In this document: in pieces, positions 28,682-37,622 of the stretch | Numbering within the stretch: the stretch's first letter is position 1 | How the letters are laid out: each line of letters begins with the position of its first letter | NCBI GenBank assembly: GCA_963805625.1 | Contig: CAWDVE010000019.1 | Coordinates: 448,001-512,000 of the forward strand | Source: an uncultured Candidatus Rokubacteria bacterium | Lineage (GTDB): Bacteria > Methylomirabilota > Methylomirabilia > Rokubacteriales > DASRDR01 | Direction: 5' to 3' | DNA length: 64,000 bases | Notes under the pieces: model-generated | Seen by the model: the letters and a program-made list of their open reading frames with translations, nothing else | Told to the model about the DNA's origin: nothing | Database searches by the model: none | Translations under genes and position numbers: made by a program

Positions 28682-29058
28682 TCCCACCGTAACCGGACGA
28701 CGGGCGGCGAGCCGGCACCAGGAGCTCCGGAGCCGGCGGGCCGGAATGGCATTGCGGGATCGGCGGAGCCCGTCACAGGAAAAGGGCTCCGCACCGGAAT
28801 CCGCGCCTGCGCGGGGCGACCGCCCGAGCATGGGCGAGGAGAAGGCCCATTCTCGACACCGAGCCTCCTACGGCGCGCCTTCCTCATGAGTTGGCACTCC
28901 GGTCAGGCGGACGATACCCCATGAGCAGCTCGCATACCAGCGTGGAGCGAGGCGAGCCTGCTGATCGGCCGACGCGCGTGCGGCGTCTCTCCAGAACGCC
29001 GTCGTGCTGAGCGGTGCTCTCTCGGCGTCGGTGTGCGGTGCGAACGTGAGTGGCTGTC

Positions 29059-29829
29059 TCAGGGCTGCCCACGCGACGCCGTCAGGTCAAGATCGGCGAG
29101 GCGCACGACGAGGGTCGTGACGTTGTCGTGGGCACCGGCGGCGAGCGCGGCGGCGATCAGCGCGTCGGCGCCGGCCTGGGCGGTGGCGCCCAGTCGCACG
29201 ACGCGGGCGGCGTCCTCGACGCTCAGAACGTCCCACACGCCGTCGGTCGCGGCCACGAGGGCCACATCGTCGGTCCCGAGCGCGTGGCGGCCGACCTCGG
29301 GCTCCGGGATCACGCCGACCGGCCGGAACCAGCGGTCGCCGAGGCTCCGGGTCATCATGAGCCCTCGGTCTCCCCGGACGACGTAGGGCGGGTCGAGCTC
29401 GGCCCCCATCCGGAGGACGCGCGCCCGCTCGTCGGCGACGTCGATCCGGTGATCGCGCGTCAGGCCCTCGGATCCCGCCTTGCCGACTCGCACGACGCGG
29501 CTGTCTCCCACGTGGGCCGTGACCAGTCCCTCTCCGGTGAGCAGGAGGGCCGCAACCGTCGAGCCGCAGTCGGGGTCAGCCGTCGCCGCCTCCAGCTCGT
29601 CGAACGCCTGCCGGAGGGCGTCGGCCGGAGGGAGCCCGGCCCGGAGCGCGCGAAGGACCGCGAGATGAAGGGCGGCGGCGGCGCGGTCCGCAACCTGGGA
29701 GCCGCCGTGGCCGTCGTAGACGGCGGCGAACAGCCCGCCGGGCGTGACCTGCACCGCCCAGCGGTCTTCCATGTAGGGGCGCCGCCCGATATCGGCGGCG
29801 GCGCCGACCCCGGGCGGCAGCGCCGTCAC
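29059..29829 (-). CDS. PP2C/PPM-family Ser/Thr protein phosphatase with eukaryote-like motifs
   Basis: GRRPYMEDR, YDGHGG, HVGDSR, LTRDH, TRSLGD, ATDGVWD and DNVT; GTGA overlap with the upstream stop. Confidence 0.88.
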   Translation of the reverse strand: MTALPPGVGAAADIGRRPYMEDRWAVQVTPGGLFAAVYDGHGGSQVADRAAAALHLAVLRALRAGLPPADALRQAFDELEAATADPDCGSTVAALLLTGEGLVTAHVGDSRVVRVGKAGSEGLTRDHRIDVADERARVLRMGAELDPPYVVRGDRGLMMTRSLGDRWFRPVGVIPEPEVGRHALGTDDVALVAATDGVWDVLSVEDAARVVRLGATAQAGADALIAAALAAGAHDNVTTLVVRLADLDLTASRGQP

Positions 29830-30269
29830 GGCTTCGGGCGCGTGAGCGGAGCGAGGCGGGGGCTCCCCGCCCACTCCGAGACGCCGTCGTCGTCTTCGAT
29901 GATGACGTAGAAGACCGTGGGGCCGAAGGCGTCCGCGGTGTCGCCCCAGACCCGGGCGAGAAGCGCCCGCCTCCCGGAATCTGAGTCCGCGAGGATCAGG
30001 ACGATGTAGTCTTTCGTCCCGTCCCGATCGACGTCAACGATGCCCGGCGGCATTGCCTCCTCCCAGCGCTCCGTTCCCGTCCGGAAGCGAAGCGGCTCAC
30101 CGTCGGGCGCGAGCGCCATCGGGCGCTCGGTGGCGGAATCGAGCTTGGCCAGAATTTCGGGCGGGAGGATGTCCACCTGGGCGAGGACGGCCGTCGGTGC
30201 GGCGGCGACGAGGCCGGCGATGGCCAGCAGGCGGACCGGGCGGCGCCACGCACCGGAGCGCACGGGCAT
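29826..30269 (-). CDS. Hypothetical secreted protein with a DxDxDG Ca-binding-like motif
   Basis: Signal peptide ending in VLA-Q; DVDRDGTKDY; lies within an operon-like run. Confidence 0.65.
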   Translation of the reverse strand: MPVRSGAWRRPVRLLAIAGLVAAAPTAVLAQVDILPPEILAKLDSATERPMALAPDGEPLRFRTGTERWEEAMPPGIVDVDRDGTKDYIVLILADSDSGRRALLARVWGDTADAFGPTVFYVIIEDDDGVSEWAGSPRLAPLTRPKP

Positions 30270-30276
30270 GCCTAAG

Positions 30277-31128
30277 TTAGGTGCCGCCCGTCCGGCGGAT
30301 CTCGTCCAGGACCGGCAAGAGGTACGTGCGGAAACGCCCAGGGTGCTCGCTCATCGGGAAGTGGCCGAGCTCCTTCATGATCGTGAGGCGTGCGCCGGGG
30401 ATCCGGGCCGCGGTCGCCCGCGTGTCGTCAGGCGTGCACGAGAAGTCGTACTCGCCGGTCAGGAGGTAGAGCGGGCATCGCGACGTGTCGATGCGGCCGA
30501 CGCGGTCGCGCAGGTCGCCCTCGGCCCGGTAGAAGTGGAGGTCGCCGCGGAAGACGCCGGGCCCGCCCTGGGCGTACATCCAGAGCGTCTCCCACCGCGC
30601 CTCGGCCGGGGCCTGGGGTGCGATGAGGCCCGACATCAGCGCGCTGCACAGCTCGCCCCCGTGGACGTCGGGGCGGTGGAGCCACGAGGTGTCGTCGTAC
30701 CACGGCGCCTGGTAGGCGGCGGCCTCGAGGCCGATCAGGGCGCGAAAGCGCTCGGGTGCGCGGAGGGCCAGCTCCAGCACGATCTTGCCGCCGATCGAGC
30801 AGCCGAGGACGGCTGGCCGCTCGAGTCCGAGCGCCTGGCAGAAGGTGAAGATCAGCTCGACGTAGGCCGCCGTGGTGAGCCGATACTCCTCATCCTCCCA
30901 GCCTGCGGGGGGCAGGGACTTCCCGTGACGCGGCATGTCGAATGCCAGGACACGCCAGTGTCGCGTCACGGTCTCGTCGGTCATGAGATGCCGGAACTGC
31001 CGCCCGTCCGCGCCCGCCGTGTGGAGGCAGACGAGCGGCGAACCCTCGCCGGCCTCCTCGAAGTATACGCGATGGGGACGCCCGTCGAGGGTGAGGTGGA
31101 GGTAGCGTCCCACGATCGGCTCGAGCAC
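30277..31128 (-). CDS. Alpha/beta hydrolase
   Basis: CLHTAG, DMPRHGKS, GCSIGG, GEYD and GHFPMSE. Confidence 0.88.
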   Translation of the reverse strand: MLEPIVGRYLHLTLDGRPHRVYFEEAGEGSPLVCLHTAGADGRQFRHLMTDETVTRHWRVLAFDMPRHGKSLPPAGWEDEEYRLTTAAYVELIFTFCQALGLERPAVLGCSIGGKIVLELALRAPERFRALIGLEAAAYQAPWYDDTSWLHRPDVHGGELCSALMSGLIAPQAPAEARWETLWMYAQGGPGVFRGDLHFYRAEGDLRDRVGRIDTSRCPLYLLTGEYDFSCTPDDTRATAARIPGARLTIMKELGHFPMSEHPGRFRTYLLPVLDEIRRTGGT

Positions 31129-31133
31129 GGGAA

Positions 31134-31526
31134 TCAGCTCCCGACCCGCTCGCGACGGGGCGCCGCGAGGACGTCCTTCACGTAGCGGAGGTGTGCCATC
31201 AGAGGCCAGAGGTCGCCCTCGATGCGCGCGACGCCGAGCTTCTTCATCGCGAAGAGGTCGTGGTAGCCCGGCTCGGGCAGCCGCTGCCAGAAGCGCGCCC
31301 ACGCGTCGGCCGATGCCCGCACCGCGAAGGTCCACGAGCGCAGCAGGAACGGGCCGCGCTCGACCGTGGTCAGGCGCCCCGCGGCCACGTGGACCAGGTA
31401 CTCCGTGTCGTCCACGGCCAGGAGGAAGCTGATGGTGAGCCGCTGACCTCGCCGGACGAGGCCCTCATCGGCGTTGACGAGGTCCGGGAGGCGGACGATC
31501 GTCCCTTCGATCCCGGGCGGACGCAC
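31134..31526 (-). CDS. Small conserved hypothetical protein (SCP2/sterol-carrier-like fold suspected)
   Basis: Ends 5 bp before the hydrolase start; WTFAVRA...W..FW...P.PGYHDL and RIEGDL; TATCAT-N6-GTG start. Confidence 0.65.
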   Translation of the reverse strand: MRPPGIEGTIVRLPDLVNADEGLVRRGQRLTISFLLAVDDTEYLVHVAAGRLTTVERGPFLLRSWTFAVRASADAWARFWQRLPEPGYHDLFAMKKLGVARIEGDLWPLMAHLRYVKDVLAAPRRERVGS

Positions 31527-31625
31527 GGCGGCATGATAGCCTAGGGTACCTTCCCTGAGGAGCGGGCGTCTCCGTGTCGCCTGCCAGCTTCGGGCCCTGC
31601 GTCGAGATTCCGGATGGAGGAAGCC

Positions 31626-33092
31626 ATGGCTCGGACGGTCGAGCCCGAATTCGTCGGCCGGACATACGACGACTTCCTGTTCCGCCCCCAGGCGAGCCCG
31701 CTCGCCTCTCGGCGCGAGGTCTCGCTCGGGACGCGGCTGACGCGGCGCTTGACGCTCGAGCTGCCCCTGATCTCCGCCAACATGGACAGCGTCACCGACG
31801 CGCGGATGGCGGTGGCGATGGCCCTCGAGGGCGGGCTCGGCTTCGTGCACCGGGGGCTGCCGATCGCGGCCCAGGCGGCGGAGGTGGCGCGCGTCAAGCG
31901 AACGCAGGGCCACGTCGTCGACCGGCCCTTCTGCCTGGCGCGCGGGAGCAGCGTCCGGGAAGCGCGCGAGCTCGCGCGACGGCACAACGTCACTGGCCTC
32001 CTGATCGAGGAGGCTGCGGGCAGCGGCGTCCTCGCGGGCCTACTCTCGAACCGTGACTGGCCGTGGAGCGCGGCGCAGGACGACCGCCCGGTCGAGGAGT
32101 TCATGACCCCCGTTGCCCAGCTCGTGACCGGGCCCCCGGACATCTCGATCGAGGAGGCGGAGCGACGCATGTTCGCCCGCCGGGTGGAGAAGCTGCCGCT
32201 CGTCGACCGCGACCGGCGCATCCGCGGCCTGATCACGAAGAAGGACATCTTCGCGGCGCGCCAGCGCCCGTACTCGAGCAAGGACACGCGGGGGCGCCTC
32301 CTCGTCGGCGCGGCAATCGGCGCCCGCGGTGACTTCCTGGAGCGCGCCGCCGAGCTGCTCGGGGCGGGCGCCGACGCCCTCCTGATTGACATCGCGCACG
32401 CCCACTCGGAGGTGATGCGTCGCGCGGTGGAGGCGGTCCGCGCCCGCTTCTCGGGTGTCGAGCTCGTCTGCGGGAACGTCGCCACGGCCGAGGGCGCCGC
32501 GTTCCTCCGGGACCTCGGCGCGGACGCGATCAAGGTCGGGGTGGGGCCCGGCCGAGGATGCCGGACGCGGCTCGAGACCGGCGCGGGCGTGCCGCAGCTC
32601 CAGGCCATCCGCGAGGCCTGGTGCGCGGTCGAGGACACGGTGCCGATCATCGCCGACGGAGGGGTGCGCGAGGACAAGGACGTGTTCCTGGCGCTCATTG
32701 CCGGTGCCTCCGTTGTGATGCTGGGCAGCCTGCTCTCCGGCACCGACGAGGCGCCGGGCCAGATCATCGAGGATCCGGGGACGGGCGAGAAGCGCAAGAT
32801 CTACCGCGGGATGACCTCGCCCCAGGCCGTCTTCCGCGCTCTCTACGACGACGAGGAGCCCGACGCGGTCGAGGCCGCCCTCGAGGTGCCGGCGGAGGGC
32901 CAGGAGATGCAGGTGCCGTACCGCGGCTCGGTGGTGGACATCCTTCGCCGGATCCGCGGGCATCTGCGCTCTGCCGTCAGCTACGGCGGGGCGGAATCAC
33001 TCGTCCAGCTCCGCGCGAAGGTCCTGCCGGATCCGCTCCGCTACCTGGTCCCACTCTCGTCGGCCTCGCGCGCCGAGTCCTACGAACGGTGA
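31626..33092 (+). CDS. guaB: IMP dehydrogenase / GMP reductase family protein with CBS pair (divergent active site)
   Basis: TYDD, PLISANMDSVT, CBS pair, IDIAHAHS, GNVATAEG, KVGVGPG..C.TR, IIADGG and YRGM; may be a paralog rather than the true guaB. Confidence 0.8.
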   Translation: MARTVEPEFVGRTYDDFLFRPQASPLASRREVSLGTRLTRRLTLELPLISANMDSVTDARMAVAMALEGGLGFVHRGLPIAAQAAEVARVKRTQGHVVDRPFCLARGSSVREARELARRHNVTGLLIEEAAGSGVLAGLLSNRDWPWSAAQDDRPVEEFMTPVAQLVTGPPDISIEEAERRMFARRVEKLPLVDRDRRIRGLITKKDIFAARQRPYSSKDTRGRLLVGAAIGARGDFLERAAELLGAGADALLIDIAHAHSEVMRRAVEAVRARFSGVELVCGNVATAEGAAFLRDLGADAIKVGVGPGRGCRTRLETGAGVPQLQAIREAWCAVEDTVPIIADGGVREDKDVFLALIAGASVVMLGSLLSGTDEAPGQIIEDPGTGEKRKIYRGMTSPQAVFRALYDDEEPDAVEAALEVPAEGQEMQVPYRGSVVDILRRIRGHLRSAVSYGGAESLVQLRAKVLPDPLRYLVPLSSASRAESYER

Positions 33093-33195
33093 GCGGTCCT
33101 CAACGCAGTCAGCCTGTTGGACCAGCGCAGTCAACACCTATCATCGAGAGTTGAACGCGGACACCGCCAATCTACCCTCGAGGAGCGCGTGAAGC

Positions 33196-33456
33196 ATGAC
33201 GGAGCCAGTGTCCGAAGAGCGAAAGAAGGCCTACTTCGAAAAGGCGCGCAAGGGTGTGCTCGCGTGGCTGGCGAAGCGGGAAGGTGTGGCCGCCACGCTC
33301 GGCGAGATGCACGAGCACAGTTCGGAGAGATTCTTGATCGCCCACCAGGGCTTCTCGGCCATGATGGAAAGCCTTGTGGCCGAGGGGCTGGTCGGCTATG
33401 ACGAGAAAACTAGAACGGCGACGCTCACCGACGCCGGCCGGCGGTTCATCGCCTAG
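33196..33456 (+). CDS. Small hypothetical protein, winged-helix-like
   Basis: RBS gaggag; LVAEGLVGYD...LTDAGRRF C-terminal wHTH pattern. Confidence 0.6.
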   Translation: MTEPVSEERKKAYFEKARKGVLAWLAKREGVAATLGEMHEHSSERFLIAHQGFSAMMESLVAEGLVGYDEKTRTATLTDAGRRFIA

Positions 33457-33508
33457 TCTTCCCTGACATCGGCCCGGTTGTTGCTTCGACCGTTCGCCTA
33501 CATGGGAC

Positions 33509-34291
33509 TCAGAACAGCGCGCGGGACTGCCCGCCGTCGACGTTCAGGCAGGCGCCGAGGACCAGGCTGGCCGCGTCCGAGGCGAGAAAGGCCACGACGC
33601 GTCCCACCTCCTCGGGCCGGCCGAAGCGCCCGAGCGGTAGATCGGCCCTGAGGAACTGGGCGATCCCGTCCGGGTCCTCGCGGGTCCGCCGCTCCCAGCC
33701 GCCTCCCGGGAAGACGATCGAGCCCGGCGCGACGGCGTTGACCCGGATGCCGAGCGGGGCGAGCTCCATGGCGAGGGCCTTCGACATTCCGATCTCGGCC
33801 GCCTTGGCGGCGATGTAGGTCGGGCGCCGCACGTAGCTTCCGCCCCACTCCCGGCCGTATATGGACACGATGTTGACGATCGCCCCACGGCCACGGGCCC
33901 GCATCGAGGGCACCACGAGACGGCTGGCGCGCACGGCGGCCATGAGGTTCAGGTCGACGGCGCGCTGCCAGTCCTCCTCGCTCGTCTCGAGGAACGAGCT
34001 GCCGGTCGAGCCGCCGACGTTGTTGACGAGGACGTCGACCGCGCCGAACGCGGTGAGCGCGGCCTCGACGGTTTCCCGGATGCCGTCCAGCGTCGTGACG
34101 TCGGCGGGCACGGCAATCGCCTCGACTCCCAGCGCCCGCACCTCGGCGGCCGCTGAGTCGAGCGCGTCCTTGCCGCGCGCGCAGAGCGCAACGCGACAGC
34201 CTTCACGCGCGAGCTCCAGCGCAACCCCGCGGCCGATGCCCCGGCTCGATCCGGTGACGAGCGCGGCCTTGCCCCTGAGTCCGAGGTCCAT
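33509..34291 (-). CDS. SDR family oxidoreductase
   Basis: TGSSRGIG, LVNNVG and YIAAK catalytic motif. Confidence 0.9.
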   Translation of the reverse strand: MDLGLRGKAALVTGSSRGIGRGVALELAREGCRVALCARGKDALDSAAAEVRALGVEAIAVPADVTTLDGIRETVEAALTAFGAVDVLVNNVGGSTGSSFLETSEEDWQRAVDLNLMAAVRASRLVVPSMRARGRGAIVNIVSIYGREWGGSYVRRPTYIAAKAAEIGMSKALAMELAPLGIRVNAVAPGSIVFPGGGWERRTREDPDGIAQFLRADLPLGRFGRPEEVGRVVAFLASDAASLVLGACLNVDGGQSRALF

Positions 34292-34368
34292 GCGTGTCCT
34301 CCTGTGTGGTATCGGCGTCAGCCTAGCCGCGCCGCCGGCGCGGTGCAACTCGGCCGCCCGCGCCGCTC

Positions 34369-34396
34369 TTGACAGATGCCTCGCCAAACGGATAGT
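34369..34396 (+). promoter_or_regulatory. Putative sigma-70 promoter of the mandelate racemase gene
   Basis: TTGACA-N16-GATAGT, followed by RBS ggagga before the ATG at 34426. Confidence 0.5.
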
Positions 34397-34425
34397 GGTC
34401 CCACTCTTCCCGGAGGAGATCCACG

Positions 34426-35515
34426 ATGGACAGCCCCGTCCGGCTTCACCTTCGTGACGTCCAGGCCCGCGCGGTCATCGGTCCTCTGGCCACGCCCGTT
34501 CGCACGGCATCGGGCTCGGTCACCCAGGCGCTTCTCGTGCTGATCGACCTCCACACCGAGGAGGGGCCGGTCGGGCGAGCCTACCTGTTCGCCTATCAGC
34601 CCTTCGCCCTCCGCCCGCTGCGCGATCTCGTGCTCGGGCTCGGCGAGACGCTCAAGGGGCAGCCTGTCGCGCCGGTTGAGCTCCACCGTGCCCTGCGCGG
34701 GCGCCTCACGCTGTTCGGCACGCGAGGTCTTCAGGGGATGGCCGTGGCCGGGATCGACATGGCCGCCTGGGACGCGCTCGCCGTCACCGCCGGCGTTCCT
34801 CTGGTGACCCTTCTCGGTGGCGAGGCTCGGCCCATCCCGGCCTACAACAGCCTGGGCATGCTCCCGCCCGGCGAGGCGGCCGACGAGGCCGGGAAGACCG
34901 CCGCGGCAGGGTTCCGGGGCTTCAGATCATGAGGGCAACGTCGTCGGCGATCGCCCGGCGCGCCGCGCGCACCGCCGCGAGATCCTGCTCGAGCGACGGC
35001 CAGCCGATCTTGATCTTGACTTCAACCAGTCCCTCTCGGTTGCGGAGGCCCTCCGGCGCGGACGCGTGCTCGACGGTGAGGGGGTGGCCTGGATCGAGGA
35101 GCCGGTGCGCGGCGAGGACTTCCGGGGCGCGGCGGAGGTGGCGGCGGCCCTCGCGACCCCGATCCAGATCGGCGAGAACTTCTCGGGGCCCTTCGAGATG
35201 GAGGAGGCGCTCAGGGCGAAGGCCGCTGACCTGGTCATGCCCGACGTCCAGCAGATCGGCGGGGTGACCGGCTGGCTTCGCGCCGCGGCCCTGGCCCACA
35301 CCGCCGGGGTGCCCTGCTCGAGCCACCTCTTCATCGAGGCGAGCGCGCACCTCCTCGCGGTCACCCCGACGTGCCACTGGATCGAGTACCTCGACGTGGC
35401 CGCGCCCGTCCTCGCGGAGCCGCTCCGATCTGTCGACGGGACGCTTCGGGCGCCGTCCCGGCCGGGCCTCGGGCTCACGTGGGACGAGGCCGCCGTCCGG
35501 CGCTACCTCGTGTAG
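34426..35515 (+). pseudogene. Mandelate racemase/enolase-superfamily gene disrupted by a 93-bp internal inversion plus 1 extra base
   Basis: N-part ends AAGFRGF; 34925-35017 reads KIKIGWP...VALMI on the minus strand; C-part DFNQS...WIEEP...GENF...SSHLF. Confidence 0.88.
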
Positions 35516-35518
35516 CGC

Positions 35519-36355
35519 TCAGCGGCCCCGCTTCGCGGCGAGAACGACGAGACTGTTGGCGAGGGCACGGCCTGCCGGCGTCGCCGAGAGGGCCGCGTCC
35601 ACTGATCGCAGCCGGCGGAAGAGCGCTCCGGTCACCCAGCCCAGTCGCGGACGGTGGAGCACCGTGGACGGGATGACGTTCGTCACGCCGTGGAGTCCCC
35701 AGGCCCGCAGGCGCACGAGGCCGGCGTCGCCGAGCAGGCGGTCGAGCTCCCGTCGAGTGAAGAGCCTGAGCCTCGGGTAACCCGGGTAGTCCATCCAGAC
35801 GCCCTCGCGGATCGGCCGCCCGAAGGCCCGCCAGGCCTCGCGGGTTTTGACCTCGTACCCGAGGGGGTCGCCCACGGCGCTCGATGCGAGCCGCCACGCG
35901 AGGTCGAGGCTCCATCGGTGCTCGACCTCCAGCAGGAGCCGGCCGCCCGGCCGGAGCACCCGCGCGATCTCGGCGATCGCCCGGTCCGGCCGTGAGACGA
36001 ACGACAGCGTGCTGCCGCACGAGACCACCAGGTCCACCGTATCGTCCCGGCAGGGGAGCGTCTCGACATCGCCCTGCACCAGCTGCGCGCCCGCACACCG
36101 CGCCCGCGCCACGCGAAGGAGGCCTGCCGCAAGGTCTACGCCGACCGTCTCGTAGCCGAGCTCCAGCAGGAGGGCCGTCTGGAAGCCCGTCCCGCACCCG
36201 GCGTCCAGCGCCCGCGGGCGACTGGATCCGGGCGGAGGGGCCAGCTCGACGCGCACGAGGCCGTGGAGGACGGCGTAGAGGTGCTCGTACCACGGCTCGA
36301 GCTCGTCGTACGATGCGGCCATCGCATCGAAGGCGGTTGCGAGGTCGGTCGCCAC
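35519..36355 (-). CDS. Class I SAM-dependent methyltransferase
   Basis: ALDAGCGTG, GDVETLP and RVLRPGG. Confidence 0.88.
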   Translation of the reverse strand: MATDLATAFDAMAASYDELEPWYEHLYAVLHGLVRVELAPPPGSSRPRALDAGCGTGFQTALLLELGYETVGVDLAAGLLRVARARCAGAQLVQGDVETLPCRDDTVDLVVSCGSTLSFVSRPDRAIAEIARVLRPGGRLLLEVEHRWSLDLAWRLASSAVGDPLGYEVKTREAWRAFGRPIREGVWMDYPGYPRLRLFTRRELDRLLGDAGLVRLRAWGLHGVTNVIPSTVLHRPRLGWVTGALFRRLRSVDAALSATPAGRALANSLVVLAAKRGR

Positions 36356-36401
36356 GATGCGAGTGTAGCGAGGGCCCGGCAGCCGGGCGAGAGGAGCCCC
36401 G

Positions 36402-37595
36402 ATGCGTCGTCGGCGGAGAACAGCAGGGCCAGGCGATCCGGTGCCGCGCCCGCGGCCCCTTCCGCACGTGGGTCACGAGGCGGACGGGGACGGCGATGGA
36501 CGGCCCCAGCCGGAGCCACCTTCACGCGGCCCGGACCGGGCCGGCGACTGGCCGGTGCGGGAGCCGCTCCACCTGGTGGCCGACGGTCCCGCGGCCGGCA
36601 CGGTCAGCCGGCTTCTCGATCGCATGCGCACATCGGCCTTCCAGGGACGGCGGCTCGGCGAGGCCTTCGGCGCCTGGAAGCGGATGATCGACGGCAACGG
36701 GCTGATCGCGATCGGCCTCGCGGGGTCGATGGCGAGCGCAGGGCTCTGGCCCCTGATCGTCTGGCTCGTCGAGCGCGGCTACGTCGACCTCGTGGTGTCC
36801 ACGTCGGCGAATGCCACGGAGGACCTCCTGGAGCAGCGAGGGGTCCGGTTGCTCCAGATTGACGCCGACCGCGCCGACGACGAGACGCTGCGGCGCCAGG
36901 GGTTCTATCGCTTCTACGATCACGTCGTCAGCACCGCCGAATACGACGCGATGGAGGACTTCACCAGCGGATTCTTCGAGTACCTCGGGAGCGCGTGGCC
37001 GCGGCCGGCGATCAGCGGCGTCGGGTTCATGCGGGAGCTGGGCGCGTGGCTCGACAGGCAGGGACTCGGCGGCGGTCTCGCGGCCACTTGCGCGCGCCAC
37101 GGCGTGCCGCTCTTCGTGCCGGCGGCGCCGGACGGGCCGCTCGCCGAGGGGTACCGTGCAGCCCGGCGGAAGGGGCCGGTCGTCGACTTCTTCCGCGACT
37201 ACGAGATCGCGCTGGCCATGATGAACCGCTACATGGCGCCCGGCCCTGGGACGAGCGCGATCTTCCTGGGCGGCGGAGTCCCGAAGGATTTCATCCAGAT
37301 CACGGCGACGAGCGTGTCGACGCTGCGGGGGGCGGAAGCCTGCCCGCACGTCGCCGCGATCCAGATCACGACGGACAACCCGGTCTACGGGGGCCTTGGC
37401 GGAGCGGGCGTCAACACCGAGGCCATCTCCTGGGGCAAGGAGACCGTGGACGGCGACAACGTCATGGTCTTCGCGGACGTGACGATCGCGGTGCCTTTTC
37501 TCTGCCAGGGCCTCCTCGAGCACTACGGCCCGCGCCACATCCGGCCGGCGCGCACGGGCATCGCCCGCGCGCTGGCAGCGCTCCAGGCCGGGTAA
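36402..37595 (+). CDS. Deoxyhypusine synthase family protein
   Basis: AFQGRRLG, LAGSM, VSTSAN, LGGGVPKDF, AIQITT and EAISWGK (catalytic Lys); true start probably downstream (~36468-36555). Confidence 0.85.
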   Translation: MRRRRRTAGPGDPVPRPRPLPHVGHEADGDGDGRPQPEPPSRGPDRAGDWPVREPLHLVADGPAAGTVSRLLDRMRTSAFQGRRLGEAFGAWKRMIDGNGLIAIGLAGSMASAGLWPLIVWLVERGYVDLVVSTSANATEDLLEQRGVRLLQIDADRADDETLRRQGFYRFYDHVVSTAEYDAMEDFTSGFFEYLGSAWPRPAISGVGFMRELGAWLDRQGLGGGLAATCARHGVPLFVPAAPDGPLAEGYRAARRKGPVVDFFRDYEIALAMMNRYMAPGPGTSAIFLGGGVPKDFIQITATSVSTLRGAEACPHVAAIQITTDNPVYGGLGGAGVNTEAISWGKETVDGDNVMVFADVTIAVPFLCQGLLEHYGPRHIRPARTGIARALAALQAG

Positions 37596-37622
37596 TCGGG
37601 CGGCGACCGGCGCGCGTCCGCG

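Noticed and set aside
28682-29058. Long intergenic region upstream of the sugar ABC operon as a riboswitch or sRNA
   Set aside because: It has only generic GC hairpins and no recognisable aptamer consensus by eye; an Rfam scan would be needed
33103-33135. Direct repeat CGCAGTCA x2 upstream of the small wHTH-like gene
   Set aside because: At only 8 bp it could be an operator but cannot be distinguished from chance
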